A stretch of 64,000 nucleotides of DNA from a bacterium. GTDB taxonomy: Bacteria > Electryoneota > Electryoneia > Electryoneales > Electryoneaceae. The notes beneath the pieces were generated by a model. The model worked only from the letters and a program-made list of their open reading frames with translations, did no database searches and was not told the origin of the DNA. The stretch covers positions 841,348 to 905,347 of the forward strand of contig OY769902.1 in assembly GCA_963669175.1 (NCBI GenBank), written 5' to 3'. The position numbers and the translations under genes were made by a program. Positions 50,429-58,728 of the stretch are shown one piece after another (positions within the stretch are counted from its first letter, which is position 1; each line of letters opens with the position of its first letter).

Positions 50429-52120
50429 CTAATCCATCATCCTATAGGGCAGCTCCACGATAAAGGTGCTTCCCGCACCGGGTGCGCTTTCCACATATAT
50501 CTCGCCGTGCATGTTCTTGACAATGCTGTGACTTACCGACAATCCCAGCCCGGTTCCCTTGCCCGGCGCTTTGGTCGTATGGAATGGCATGAAAATCTTT
50601 TCCATCTGCTCGGAAGTCATGCCGCAACCGGTATCCTTCACAGCTATCAGGACCAACTTGTTGTAACAGGTTGTGGTGACGGTCAGGGCGCCACGACCGT
50701 CCATGGCGTCGACCGCGTTTTTCATCAGGTTCAGCAACACCTGTTCAAGCTGGTTTTTATCGGTATACAAGGGTTTCGGGTTGTCGCAGTACTCACGCAC
50801 GATTTCCACATTGGACCCGTTCAGCTCGGAACTCAGCAGGTTATTGATCACCTCTTCGATAATTTCATGTACATCATATTCATCCACTCGAACTTCCTGT
50901 TTACGTACGAAACCGAGCAGCTTGCGTGTGATGTCACGTGCGCGGAAGGTGGCGTCATGGATATTGTTCAGGTGCGGCGCCAGTTCTTCCAGGGTGATGC
51001 CCTCGTTCCACTGCGGGTCCATCAGGTCTTTCATAAGGCCGGATTCTTCCGCGATGATAGCCAGTGGATTGTTGATCTCATGGGCGATCCCGGCAGCCAG
51101 TTCACCCACCGAAGCCAGTTTGGACGCCTGCACCAGTTGCACCGACAGCTCTTTCTCGGTCTTTTCAACCTGGAGTTGACGTCGCACGAGAGAACGCGCA
51201 CGAATCCAGATCACGATCAGCCCCATACCGAAAAAGAAGACAAACATCGCTGTCATCCCGCCATGCAAGCCCATGAAGACGTTATGGGACAAACGCTTGT
51301 CGGTGGCCTGAACAATCAGCGCCCAGTCCGTGCTGGTCATCCAGGCGTAGGCATACCATTTTTTCTTGCCATCACGGGTTTTCGCGATGCCATGGCCGGG
51401 ATCGGACGGTGGCTGGAAAGGGGATGCCTGCAACGGTTGCCCCAGGCTGGGTGACGTCAACTGAAAAACCCCCTGCGGGTTGATCAGGGCTGTACGGACC
51501 TCCTCGGAACCTTCCTGGCGGGTGACGTAATCATAGATCTCGCCCGGGGTCAGCGCCGCACGCAACACTCGAAGGGAATCACCAATCTCACGCTTGACTG
51601 CGATAGTGAAATGGGGACGGTCGCGGAACCCCAGGTAAACATCGGTGATGACACAAGGGTTATCTTCCACTAACAACCGTTTGAACCACTCTTCCTGCCC
51701 GTAATTACGGTTCTGCAGGAACATGTAAGGCCCATCATACGCGATAGATTGCCCGGACCCATCCAAAATGCTGACATCGGAAAAGGCGTTTGAGGTCTGG
51801 CGCAGGCCTGAAAGGATGCTTTCGACATACCCGGCGCTGGGGTTCGGCTGAAAGGAAGGATCGTCAATCTTGTTGGAAAGGTTGACCACACGCTCCATCA
51901 TGAACAGGTCAAGTGTGTTGGCCTGATGCTCGGCAATGGCGGACATATGCAGCCGTTCACTCTCCAGCAGCATACGGCTGTACTGGAGTAGCGAAAACAG
52001 GGCAAGTAACACCAGCGGCACGAAATACATGACAATCAACTTGACGATGGTCTGCTGAAAGACCTCGCGGTAATGCTTCAGATCGTCACGATCCTCGTGA
52101 GATTGAGGGGTATCGGCCAT
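50429..52120 (-). CDS. sensor histidine kinase with Cache-like periplasmic domain
   Basis: TM-periplasmic domain-TM. H-box [12 protein letters not shown]; N/G boxes [22 protein letters not shown]. Confidence 0.8.
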   Translation of the reverse strand: MADTPQSHEDRDDLKHYREVFQQTIVKLIVMYFVPLVLLALFSLLQYSRMLLESERLHMSAIAEHQANTLDLFMMERVVNLSNKIDDPSFQPNPSAGYVESILSGLRQTSNAFSDVSILDGSGQSIAYDGPYMFLQNRNYGQEEWFKRLLVEDNPCVITDVYLGFRDRPHFTIAVKREIGDSLRVLRAALTPGEIYDYVTRQEGSEEVRTALINPQGVFQLTSPSLGQPLQASPFQPPSDPGHGIAKTRDGKKKWYAYAWMTSTDWALIVQATDKRLSHNVFMGLHGGMTAMFVFFFGMGLIVIWIRARSLVRRQLQVEKTEKELSVQLVQASKLASVGELAAGIAHEINNPLAIIAEESGLMKDLMDPQWNEGITLEELAPHLNNIHDATFRARDITRKLLGFVRKQEVRVDEYDVHEIIEEVINNLLSSELNGSNVEIVREYCDNPKPLYTDKNQLEQVLLNLMKNAVDAMDGRGALTVTTTCYNKLVLIAVKDTGCGMTSEQMEKIFMPFHTTKAPGKGTGLGLSVSHSIVKNMHGEIYVESAPGAGSTFIVELPYRMMD

Positions 52121-52715
52121 GTCCTGCCATCCTTTCGTCGACCCTCTCGCACGAAATCAAGATTTCGTGAAACGATTCACAAACTTTCCAAAAAAAAATC
52201 AAACACCTTTTCTCGCGTTTTCACACGAAAAGAAGACAAAAAGGCAGACGAAGGCCCGAGATTGACCGCCGCAGTCAACCCCCTGTTTCGCAACCATTTT
52301 ATCCCCTTAAAAAGTTAGGAGTAATCAAAATTCCTGATCAAGGGGCTGAGAGTAGGAATATGTTAGGTTTATATAACAACAACACTACACCAACACTTCA
52401 AAAGATTTTGTTATTTACTGTTTATCAAAAGTTTGAATTTTTCTGGGTGATTTGGGAATAGGGGATTATTGTACCAAAACAGGCTAATTGTTAGGGGGTT
52501 CTAATTCTCAATAATTACGTCTGGATTTTTTTTGCCGGTTTTGGTGGGGGAATAACGTGAGAAAATGTTGGGGGCCTCTTACTTTTGGTTGTGGTTTTCG
52601 AATTCTTGATTCTGAGGCTGTGGAAAATAGAGCCTTCGAAAACCAGTGGAAACAAGCATCTGCCTCTTGTAGCGAGCCTGCAACTGGCTCTCGGCAATCG
52701 TGAGCCGTATATTAG

Positions 52716-53064
52716 CCGAAGTCTTCGGGGCCTGGTGCAATTCCAGACCGGCGGTGAGAGTCCGCGACTCCCGGGATAGCCTGTGAAAGAACAGCGGGTT
52801 AGAGGTCAGACAACATGAGCCTGCTACCCAGTTCTGAGGCGTTTCGGGACTGAACCGGTGAGATTCCGGTACCGACGGTGAAAGTCCGGATGGGAGAAGG
52901 CGGACCGGCGAAAGCCGGATACAAGCATGAGCGGGGGCGGCTGTATGCCGATCTCCCGAAACCACGTCCGCGTACGGATTAACGTCTGTATGGCCGGGTG
53001 TGCATGCGTTGCCATGACCCCTACGCCCCGACGGTTGTAAAACCGCAGGGGCTTTCTGTTTTTA
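52716..53064 (+). ncRNA. FMN riboswitch (RFN element) with downstream intrinsic terminator
   Basis: Aptamer 52718-52900 matches the RFN consensus: CUUCGGGGC...GGUGCAAUUCCAGACCGGCGGUGAGAGUCCGCGAC...GGUGAGAUUCCGGUACCGACGGUGAAAGUCCGGAUGGGAGAAGG. Terminator GCCCC...GGGGC + UUUCUGUUUUU at 53024-53062. Confidence 0.8.
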
Positions 53065-53154
53065 GCCCTTTAAGTTGGAAAGTTATAGATTAGAAAATTA
53101 TCAAGTTAATGCGTTATTGTGGTTCCGGAAAGTTTTACTGATTAGAAGGCAATT

Positions 53155-53357
53155 AGCCTGCTTCAGCAGGCTCCTCTTAGCACCCGGCTTTAGCCGGGTG
53201 GCTGGGGATAACAGAAGCTATGAGCGCGCTTTAGCGTGCTTCAGTGTCATAGAATCTATACAAATCCAGAAAGCACCCTGAAGGGCGCTCGAGTCCTTGT
53301 TGTCCTTGTTCCCCCGGCTAAAGCCGGGGGCTAAGAGGAGCAGGCTAAAGCCTGCTA
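53155..53357. repeat. MITE-C compact copy (about 200 bp) between riboswitch and ribD
   Basis: Same stacked hairpins as 6074-6240/7119-7158 (AGCCTGCTTCAGCAGGCT, AGCACCCGGCTTTAGCCGGGTG, GCGCGCTTTAGCGTGC, AGCACCCTGAAGGGCGCT ... CCCCGGCTAAAGCCGGGGG, AGCAGGCTAAAGCCTGCT). Confidence 0.6.
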
Positions 53358-53447
53358 ACAAAAATGAATATAAATTTTCGAAAGAGTGCAATCCGGGAAA
53401 ATCAGACGCTATACAAGACAATGTAAGTTCTTCATCAGAATGTTTTT

Positions 53448-53490
53448 ATCCTTGACATCCTGATCATCCTTTACATCCTGTAAATGGAAC
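53448..53490 (+). promoter_or_regulatory. conserved 40-bp TTGACATCCT..CATCCTGTAAAT motif, copy 2, 60 bp upstream of ribD
   Basis: Near-identical to 21401-21440. Candidate promoter for the rib operon downstream of the MITE. Confidence 0.3.
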
Positions 53491-53548
53491 AGATACAGGC
53501 AGTAAATGCAACAGATACAGGCAACGACAGCAAACAACATACAGGCTT

Positions 53549-54661
53549 ATGTCTACATTCAGCGAACAAGATCACAGCATGATGCGTCGGGCGTTACGGT
53601 TGGCCAGGCGTGGACGTAGCTGGGTTGCGCCGAACCCGATGGTCGGAGCGGTGGTGGTGCGTGATGGTGAAATTGTGGGCGAGGGGTATCACCAGCGGTT
53701 CGGCGGTCCTCACGCCGAAGTGCATGCCTTGGAAAATGCCGGGGAGCGGGCGAAAGGCGCTGACTTGTATGTCACCCTGGAGCCTTGCTGCCATTTCGGG
53801 AAGACGCCACCATGCTCCAACCTGGTGATTGAAAAAGGGATCAAACGTGTTTTCGCGGCCATTGTGGACCCGAATCCATTGGTCAACGGTCGCGGATTGG
53901 AGCAGCTACGTAGCGCCGGGCTGGAGGTTCATGTCGGTCTGGAAACGGAGCAGGCGCGTGCCCTGAACGAATTTTACCTGAAGAAAGCCGCCACCGGGAA
54001 GCCGTGGGTCACTCTGAAGCTGGCCCAGACATTGGATGGCCGCATCGCCACACGTACCGGGCACAGTCAGTGGATCACCGGTCCGAAAGCGCGTCAGATG
54101 GGCCATGCGCTGCGTGCCATGCACGACGCTATCCTGGTCGGCGCCGGGACAGTGCATGCGGACGATCCCACGCTCAATGTTCGTCACGTTCGCGGACGTA
54201 ATCCCATCCGTATCGTCCTGGACACCAAGTGCGGCTTGCAGGAAAACTGCACCCTGTTGAACTCACCGGACATCGCCCCTACCTGGATTATCGCGTCAGA
54301 CAGATGCAAGAATCTTCCCGACTGGGACACTCGTGATCACGTCAGCATCCTGCGTGTGCCGGAAGATGACGAGGGCACGATTGACCTGCATGAGCTGATG
54401 AGTATCCTGGGGCGGCGTGGGGTGAGTTCCATCCTGGTCGAAGGGGGACGTCACATCTGGACACGATTCCTCGAAGAAGGCCTGGTAGACAAAATCGAAG
54501 CCTTTATTGCGCCGATGATCATGGGCGAAGGACTGGAAGCGATTGGCGATCTGGGCGTATTGAAGATTCCGGATGCTGTGAAACTGGATGATTTCCGCTG
54601 GCGCAGGGTTGGAACGGATTTACATGTGGTGGCCAAGGTTCACCCGCATTGGAGGCCGTAA
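53549..54661 (+). CDS. ribD: bifunctional riboflavin biosynthesis deaminase/reductase RibD
   Basis: CMP/dCMP deaminase zinc motif HAEVHAL...PCCHFGKTPPC, then a RibD C-terminal reductase domain. Confidence 0.9.
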   Translation: MSTFSEQDHSMMRRALRLARRGRSWVAPNPMVGAVVVRDGEIVGEGYHQRFGGPHAEVHALENAGERAKGADLYVTLEPCCHFGKTPPCSNLVIEKGIKRVFAAIVDPNPLVNGRGLEQLRSAGLEVHVGLETEQARALNEFYLKKAATGKPWVTLKLAQTLDGRIATRTGHSQWITGPKARQMGHALRAMHDAILVGAGTVHADDPTLNVRHVRGRNPIRIVLDTKCGLQENCTLLNSPDIAPTWIIASDRCKNLPDWDTRDHVSILRVPEDDEGTIDLHELMSILGRRGVSSILVEGGRHIWTRFLEEGLVDKIEAFIAPMIMGEGLEAIGDLGVLKIPDAVKLDDFRWRRVGTDLHVVAKVHPHWRP

Positions 54662-55317
54662 TGTTTACCGGACTGGTGGAAGAAGTCGGCACAATTCGCA
54701 TGATGCGCCGCCGTGGGGACGGAGCTATCCTCACCATAGAAGCTCGCAGGGTGCTGGAAGATGTACAAAAGGGCGACAGCATCGCTATTGCCGGGGTTTG
54801 TCAGACTGTCGTGCATTTCCAGCCGGGCTGGTTCCAGGTGGAAGCGGTGAAGGAGACGCTTGAACGGACACGTTTTGCCGAGTGGAGCCGTGGGCAGAAG
54901 GTCAACCTGGAACGCGCCATGCGTCCCATCGACCGGCTGGGCGGACACCTGGTGCAGGGGCATGTAGACGGTATGGCGGAGGTAGCGGGCATCAAACGCC
55001 TGGAGAGTTCTCACCGCCTGACCCTCCGTCCGCTTAATGGTGACATGACCTATATCGTGGAAAAAGGTTCGATCTGCCTGGATGGGATCAGCCTTACGGT
55101 AGCGTCACTGACTGACAGCACATTTGATGTGGAAATTATTCCGCATACCTGGGAAGCTACCACGCTGCACCTGCTGAAGGGTGGCGACAAGATTCACCTG
55201 GAGTGGGATGTCATCGCCAAATATGTGTACAAGATGCTACATGCTTTCAAAAGTGGAACAGACAAGAAAGAATCCGGCGGCCTGACTGCGGAAAAGTTGA
55301 TGGAATATGGATTCTAA
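54661..55317 (+). CDS. ribE: riboflavin synthase alpha chain
   Basis: MFTGLVEEVGTI... two lumazine-binding repeats. Start overlaps the ribD stop (TAATG). Confidence 0.9.
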   Translation: MFTGLVEEVGTIRMMRRRGDGAILTIEARRVLEDVQKGDSIAIAGVCQTVVHFQPGWFQVEAVKETLERTRFAEWSRGQKVNLERAMRPIDRLGGHLVQGHVDGMAEVAGIKRLESSHRLTLRPLNGDMTYIVEKGSICLDGISLTVASLTDSTFDVEIIPHTWEATTLHLLKGGDKIHLEWDVIAKYVYKMLHAFKSGTDKKESGGLTAEKLMEYGF

Positions 55318-55385
55318 GTAAAGAAGGTAAAAAAAGTAAAGAAGGTGATAGAGTGTGACAGAATATTTTAAAGAGGGGTAATAGC

Positions 55386-55751
55386 ATGACTACGAAATAC
55401 AAGAGCTTTGAAGAGTTGGAAATATGGCAAAAGTGATGCAGGTTGGCAGCGGATATTTACAGGGAAACCAAAGAAGGTTCCTGGAAAAATGATTATTCAT
55501 TACGTGACCAAATCAGGAGAAGCGCAGTATCAATTCCATCCAATATTGCAGAAGGGTATGAACGAAACAGCAGAAAAGAGTTTATCCGTTTCTTGAAAAT
55601 AGCAAAAGCATCATGTGGAGAATTTCGAACACAATTATATATAGCAAAAGCGATAGGATATATGAATAAGGAGACTTTTGATAAGTTTCACGAATCATCA
55701 AGAAAAGTCAGCGCAATGATCCAATCTTTAATAAATAGTATCAGAGATTGA
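55386..55751 (+). pseudogene. four-helix-bundle protein (TIGR02436 / Avd-like / 23S rRNA intervening-sequence protein family) interrupted by in-frame TGA at codon 17
   Basis: MTTKYKSFEELEIWQK-TGA-CRLAADIYRE... TGA (55434-55436) replaces the Gly codon present in the intact paralog at 57735. Otherwise full-length. Flanked by inverted GTAAAGAAGGTAAAAAAAG-type repeats. Confidence 0.55.
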
Positions 55752-55866
55752 AGACTTGGATATTCAAGATGTTACGAACAACATTCAGAAGCATTAAGAG
55801 GTTTTTACTTTCTTTACCTTTTTTACGTTTTTTACTTTTTTCACTTATCCATAAGGAGAAACAGTC

Positions 55867-57069
55867 GTGATTTTTCATCCCATCGAAGAAGCGATAGAGG
55901 AGATCCGTGCAGGACGCATGATTATCCTGTGCGATGATGAAGACCGGGAGAACGAAGGTGATCTGGTAATGGCGGCCTCGAAGGTGACCCCGGAAGCGGT
56001 CAACTTCATGGCGAAAAACGGGCGTGGCATGATCTGTATGTCCCTGAGCGAGGAAAAGGCTCATCAGCTCGACCTGGCGCCCATGGTGGATACCACGCAT
56101 AATACCGCGTTGCACGGCACCAAGTTCACCATCACTATTGACGCTGCCGAAGGCACCACTACCGGTATTTCCGCCGCGGATCGTGCGATAACGATGCAGA
56201 AGGCTGCAGAAGCGGATGCCAAGCCGGAAGATTTCGGACGTCCGGGCCATGTTCACCCGATCATCGCTGCGCAAGGAGGAGTGTTGCGTCGGGCCGGGCA
56301 CACCGAAGGCACAGTCGATCTGGCGCGTTTGGCCGGATGCCCACCATTGGGTGTTCTGTGTGAAGTGATGAACGAAGACGGTACTATGGCGCGTGTTCCC
56401 GACCTGCACAAGCGAGCGCAGGAATGGGGCCTGAAGATGTTCACTATCCGTGATCTGATCGAGTATCGTCAGCGTACGGAAAAACTGATTGAACGTACCG
56501 TGACCGTCCCCCTGCCGACCTGGCATGGTGATTTTATGATGCACCATTACCACGAGGTAGCTTCGGGCAAGGAACATGTTGCGTTGACATTGGGCGAGTG
56601 GGAAGAGGATGAGCCGGTGCTGGTGCGTGTGCATAGTGAATGCCTGACCGGGGACACATTGCATTCCAAGCGCTGCGATTGTGGGCAGCAACGGGATCGC
56701 GCCCTGGAAATGATACAGGAAGAAGGCAAGGGTGTATTCCTGTACATGCGTCAGGAAGGACGTGGTATCGGCCTTGAAGCGAAGCTGAAAGCGTATGCCT
56801 TGCAGGACAAGGGACATGATACCGTGGAAGCCAACCTCTTGCTGGGATTCAAGCCAGATCTGCGTGACTACGGAATTGGCGCCCAGATCCTGCGTGATCT
56901 CGGGGTGCGCAAGATGAAGCTGATGACCAACAACCCGAAGAAAATCGTCGGCTTAAAGGGATACGGGCTGGAAGTAGTGGATCGTGCGCCGATCGAGATC
57001 GAGGCCAACGAGTACAATACCTACTACATGCAGACGAAAAAAGAAAAAATGGGGCATTTGTTGCACTAG
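55867..57069 (+). CDS. ribBA: bifunctional 3,4-dihydroxy-2-butanone-4-phosphate synthase / GTP cyclohydrolase II
   Basis: N-terminal DHBP synthase ([15 protein letters not shown]); C-terminal GTP cyclohydrolase II (CxxGxC...C zinc site, RQEGRGIGL). Confidence 0.9.
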   Translation: MIFHPIEEAIEEIRAGRMIILCDDEDRENEGDLVMAASKVTPEAVNFMAKNGRGMICMSLSEEKAHQLDLAPMVDTTHNTALHGTKFTITIDAAEGTTTGISAADRAITMQKAAEADAKPEDFGRPGHVHPIIAAQGGVLRRAGHTEGTVDLARLAGCPPLGVLCEVMNEDGTMARVPDLHKRAQEWGLKMFTIRDLIEYRQRTEKLIERTVTVPLPTWHGDFMMHHYHEVASGKEHVALTLGEWEEDEPVLVRVHSECLTGDTLHSKRCDCGQQRDRALEMIQEEGKGVFLYMRQEGRGIGLEAKLKAYALQDKGHDTVEANLLLGFKPDLRDYGIGAQILRDLGVRKMKLMTNNPKKIVGLKGYGLEVVDRAPIEIEANEYNTYYMQTKKEKMGHLLH

Positions 57070-57139
57070 AAGTGAAAAAAGTGAAAAAAGTGGGCAGTGA
57101 AAAAAGAGCTTGAGTGGAAGCACTCTCAACTCTGACAGA

Positions 57140-57396
57140 CTAGTGGACCATTGCACCTGATATGAGTTGTTCTGCTTGTTTTTGATGAGTCGATTTCAAG
57201 GCAGTTTCACGAAATCATAGTGGTTCTATTCTGAGTAAAACTAACGCAGAAATCGGCCATCAAAAACAAGCCCTAAGGGAGCGCGCGCTTTGCCCCATGA
57301 CTGCGTTGCTTTCCCTTGAAATAGCCCGCTATGTCTGTAGTCAAGCACCTTGTCCTGAGGTAAAGTGCGCAGCTCAGAAAACATCATAGCAGGTGC
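57140..57396. repeat. 257-bp element bounded by 17-bp inverted repeat AGTGGACCATTGCACCTG with nested inner palindromes
   Basis: Outer IR 57140-57157 / 57380-57396. Inner IR CTTGTTTTTGATG / CATCAAAAACAAG. Sits in the ribBA-ribH spacer next to GTGAAAAAAG repeats. Confidence 0.4.
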
Positions 57397-57734
57397 AATG
57401 GTCCACAAGCACGAAAACGGGAAACATGATAAAAGAAAACCAATAGAGAGTTAATGAAAACCAAGAATTATAAAGTGTTGGACATTTTGAGGTGAATATA
57501 AGCATTAGTGGTTGATTTTTGTGGCGTTGCTGGTAAGCCGGATTGGGTCAAAGGTTTTGTCTGGCGTGATTACCTGCATAAAAGCGCAGTATCCATTCAT
57601 TCGATTTTGGAAGCATAGAGTTTTCTGCCATGATTCAGTCGCTAATAATACATTTATCGAGAGAGAATTAGTAAAGCAGTTTCTTTTTTCACTTTTTTCA
57701 CTGTCAACTTTTTTCACTTTAGCAGGAGAACCGT

Positions 57735-58100
57735 ATGGCTACCAAGAAATTTGAAGAGTTGGATATCTGGAAGCGGGGATGCAGGTTGGCTGTTGATCTT
57801 TACGGCCTGACAGGAAAAGGGAATTGGGCAAAAGATTTTTCACTTCGAGACCAGGTCAGACGATGCGCAGTGTCTGTTCCGTCCAATGTTGCGGAAGGAT
57901 TTGAACGTGGTGGAGTGAACGAATTCCGTCGTTTTCTCCGTATCGCCAAGGGATCATGTGGCGAACTTCGTACCCAACTGTATATAGCACAGGCAATCGA
58001 CTATATTTCCAAACCTGATATGGATCCTATTGTTCAGGAAACACGTGAAATCAGCGCCATGATTCAATCGCTAATAACCCATTTATCGAAAGAGAGTTAG
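57735..58100 (+). CDS. four-helix-bundle protein (TIGR02436 / Avd-like family), intact
   Basis: 121 aa. MATKKFEELDIWKRGCRLAVDLY...SNVAEGFERG...FLRIAKGSCGELRTQLYIA. Flanked by a 105-bp direct repeat (57618-57722 = 58049-58153) that includes a 3' gene-end remnant upstream. Confidence 0.8.
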   Translation: MATKKFEELDIWKRGCRLAVDLYGLTGKGNWAKDFSLRDQVRRCAVSVPSNVAEGFERGGVNEFRRFLRIAKGSCGELRTQLYIAQAIDYISKPDMDPIVQETREISAMIQSLITHLSKES

Positions 58101-58163
58101 CAATACGGTTTCCTTTTTCACTTTTTTCACTGTCTACTTTTTTCACTCCAACAAGGGGTTATT

Positions 58164-58634
58164 GTGAAAACTATCGAAGGCATTCTGGACGGCAAGGGCA
58201 AGAAGTTTGGCATCGTTGCCAGCAGGTTTAACAGTTTTATCGTGGATCGGTTGATTGAAGGCGCAGTGGATGGCTTGAAACGTCATGGCGTGGAAGAGGA
58301 TGACATTATCCTGGCACGTTGTCCTGGCAGCTTCGAGATTCCTGGCGTGGCGAAGAAGATGGCCCGGAGCGGCAAAGTGGATGCCGTCATTGGGATTGGC
58401 AGCCTGATCCGTGGTGCAACAACCCATTACGATCACGTGGCCGCAGAAGTAACAAAAGGCCTTGCGACGCTTTCGTTTGAGGGTGACATTCCGGTAATTT
58501 ATGGGATTGTTACGGCAGAAAGCATTGAACAGGCCATTGAACGTGCGGGCACAAAAGCTGGCAACCGTGGCTTTGCTGCGGCCGAGAGCGCATTGGAAAT
58601 GGTCAATCTTTACGGGAACCTGTCGTCCCTTTAG
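58164..58634 (+). CDS. ribH: 6,7-dimethyl-8-ribityllumazine synthase
   Basis: [14 protein letters not shown]...IPGVAKKMA...GTKAGNRG signature. Confidence 0.9.
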   Translation: MKTIEGILDGKGKKFGIVASRFNSFIVDRLIEGAVDGLKRHGVEEDDIILARCPGSFEIPGVAKKMARSGKVDAVIGIGSLIRGATTHYDHVAAEVTKGLATLSFEGDIPVIYGIVTAESIEQAIERAGTKAGNRGFAAAESALEMVNLYGNLSSL

Positions 58635-58728
58635 ACGGTTAGAGTAATACTATAGATCGAGACCGGCAGCGCGTTGTTCCAGGAAAGGGACAACGCCCGG
58701 ACAGGGATGGGGATAGATTGGAGGACGT

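Noticed and set aside
52579-52965. 128-aa minus-strand ORF
   Set aside because: It is antisense to the FMN riboswitch, with GC-driven open frame and non-protein-like composition.
52640-53064. Initially considered a cobalamin or SAM-I riboswitch, or SRP/RNase P RNA, because of GGUGCAAUUCC and GGUGAAAGUCCGG motifs
   Set aside because: No B12 box/GCCACUG, no SAM-I GGAGGGA/GCAACC, and no RNase P CR-II. The paired GGUGNNAUUCC...CCGACGGUGAAAGUCCGGAUGGGAGAAGG layout matches the FMN (RFN) element instead, which also fits the downstream rib genes.
55386-58100. Diversity-generating retroelement suggested by Avd-like four-helix-bundle genes
   Set aside because: No reverse transcriptase ORF and no template/variable repeat pair with adenine-specific mismatches anywhere in the window.
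55318-58163. Possible CRISPR array from GTGAAAAAAGTGAAAAAAG repeats
   Set aside because: Repeats are 9-10 bp, A-rich and lack uniform spacers. They simply flank the four-helix-bundle cassettes. No cas genes are present.
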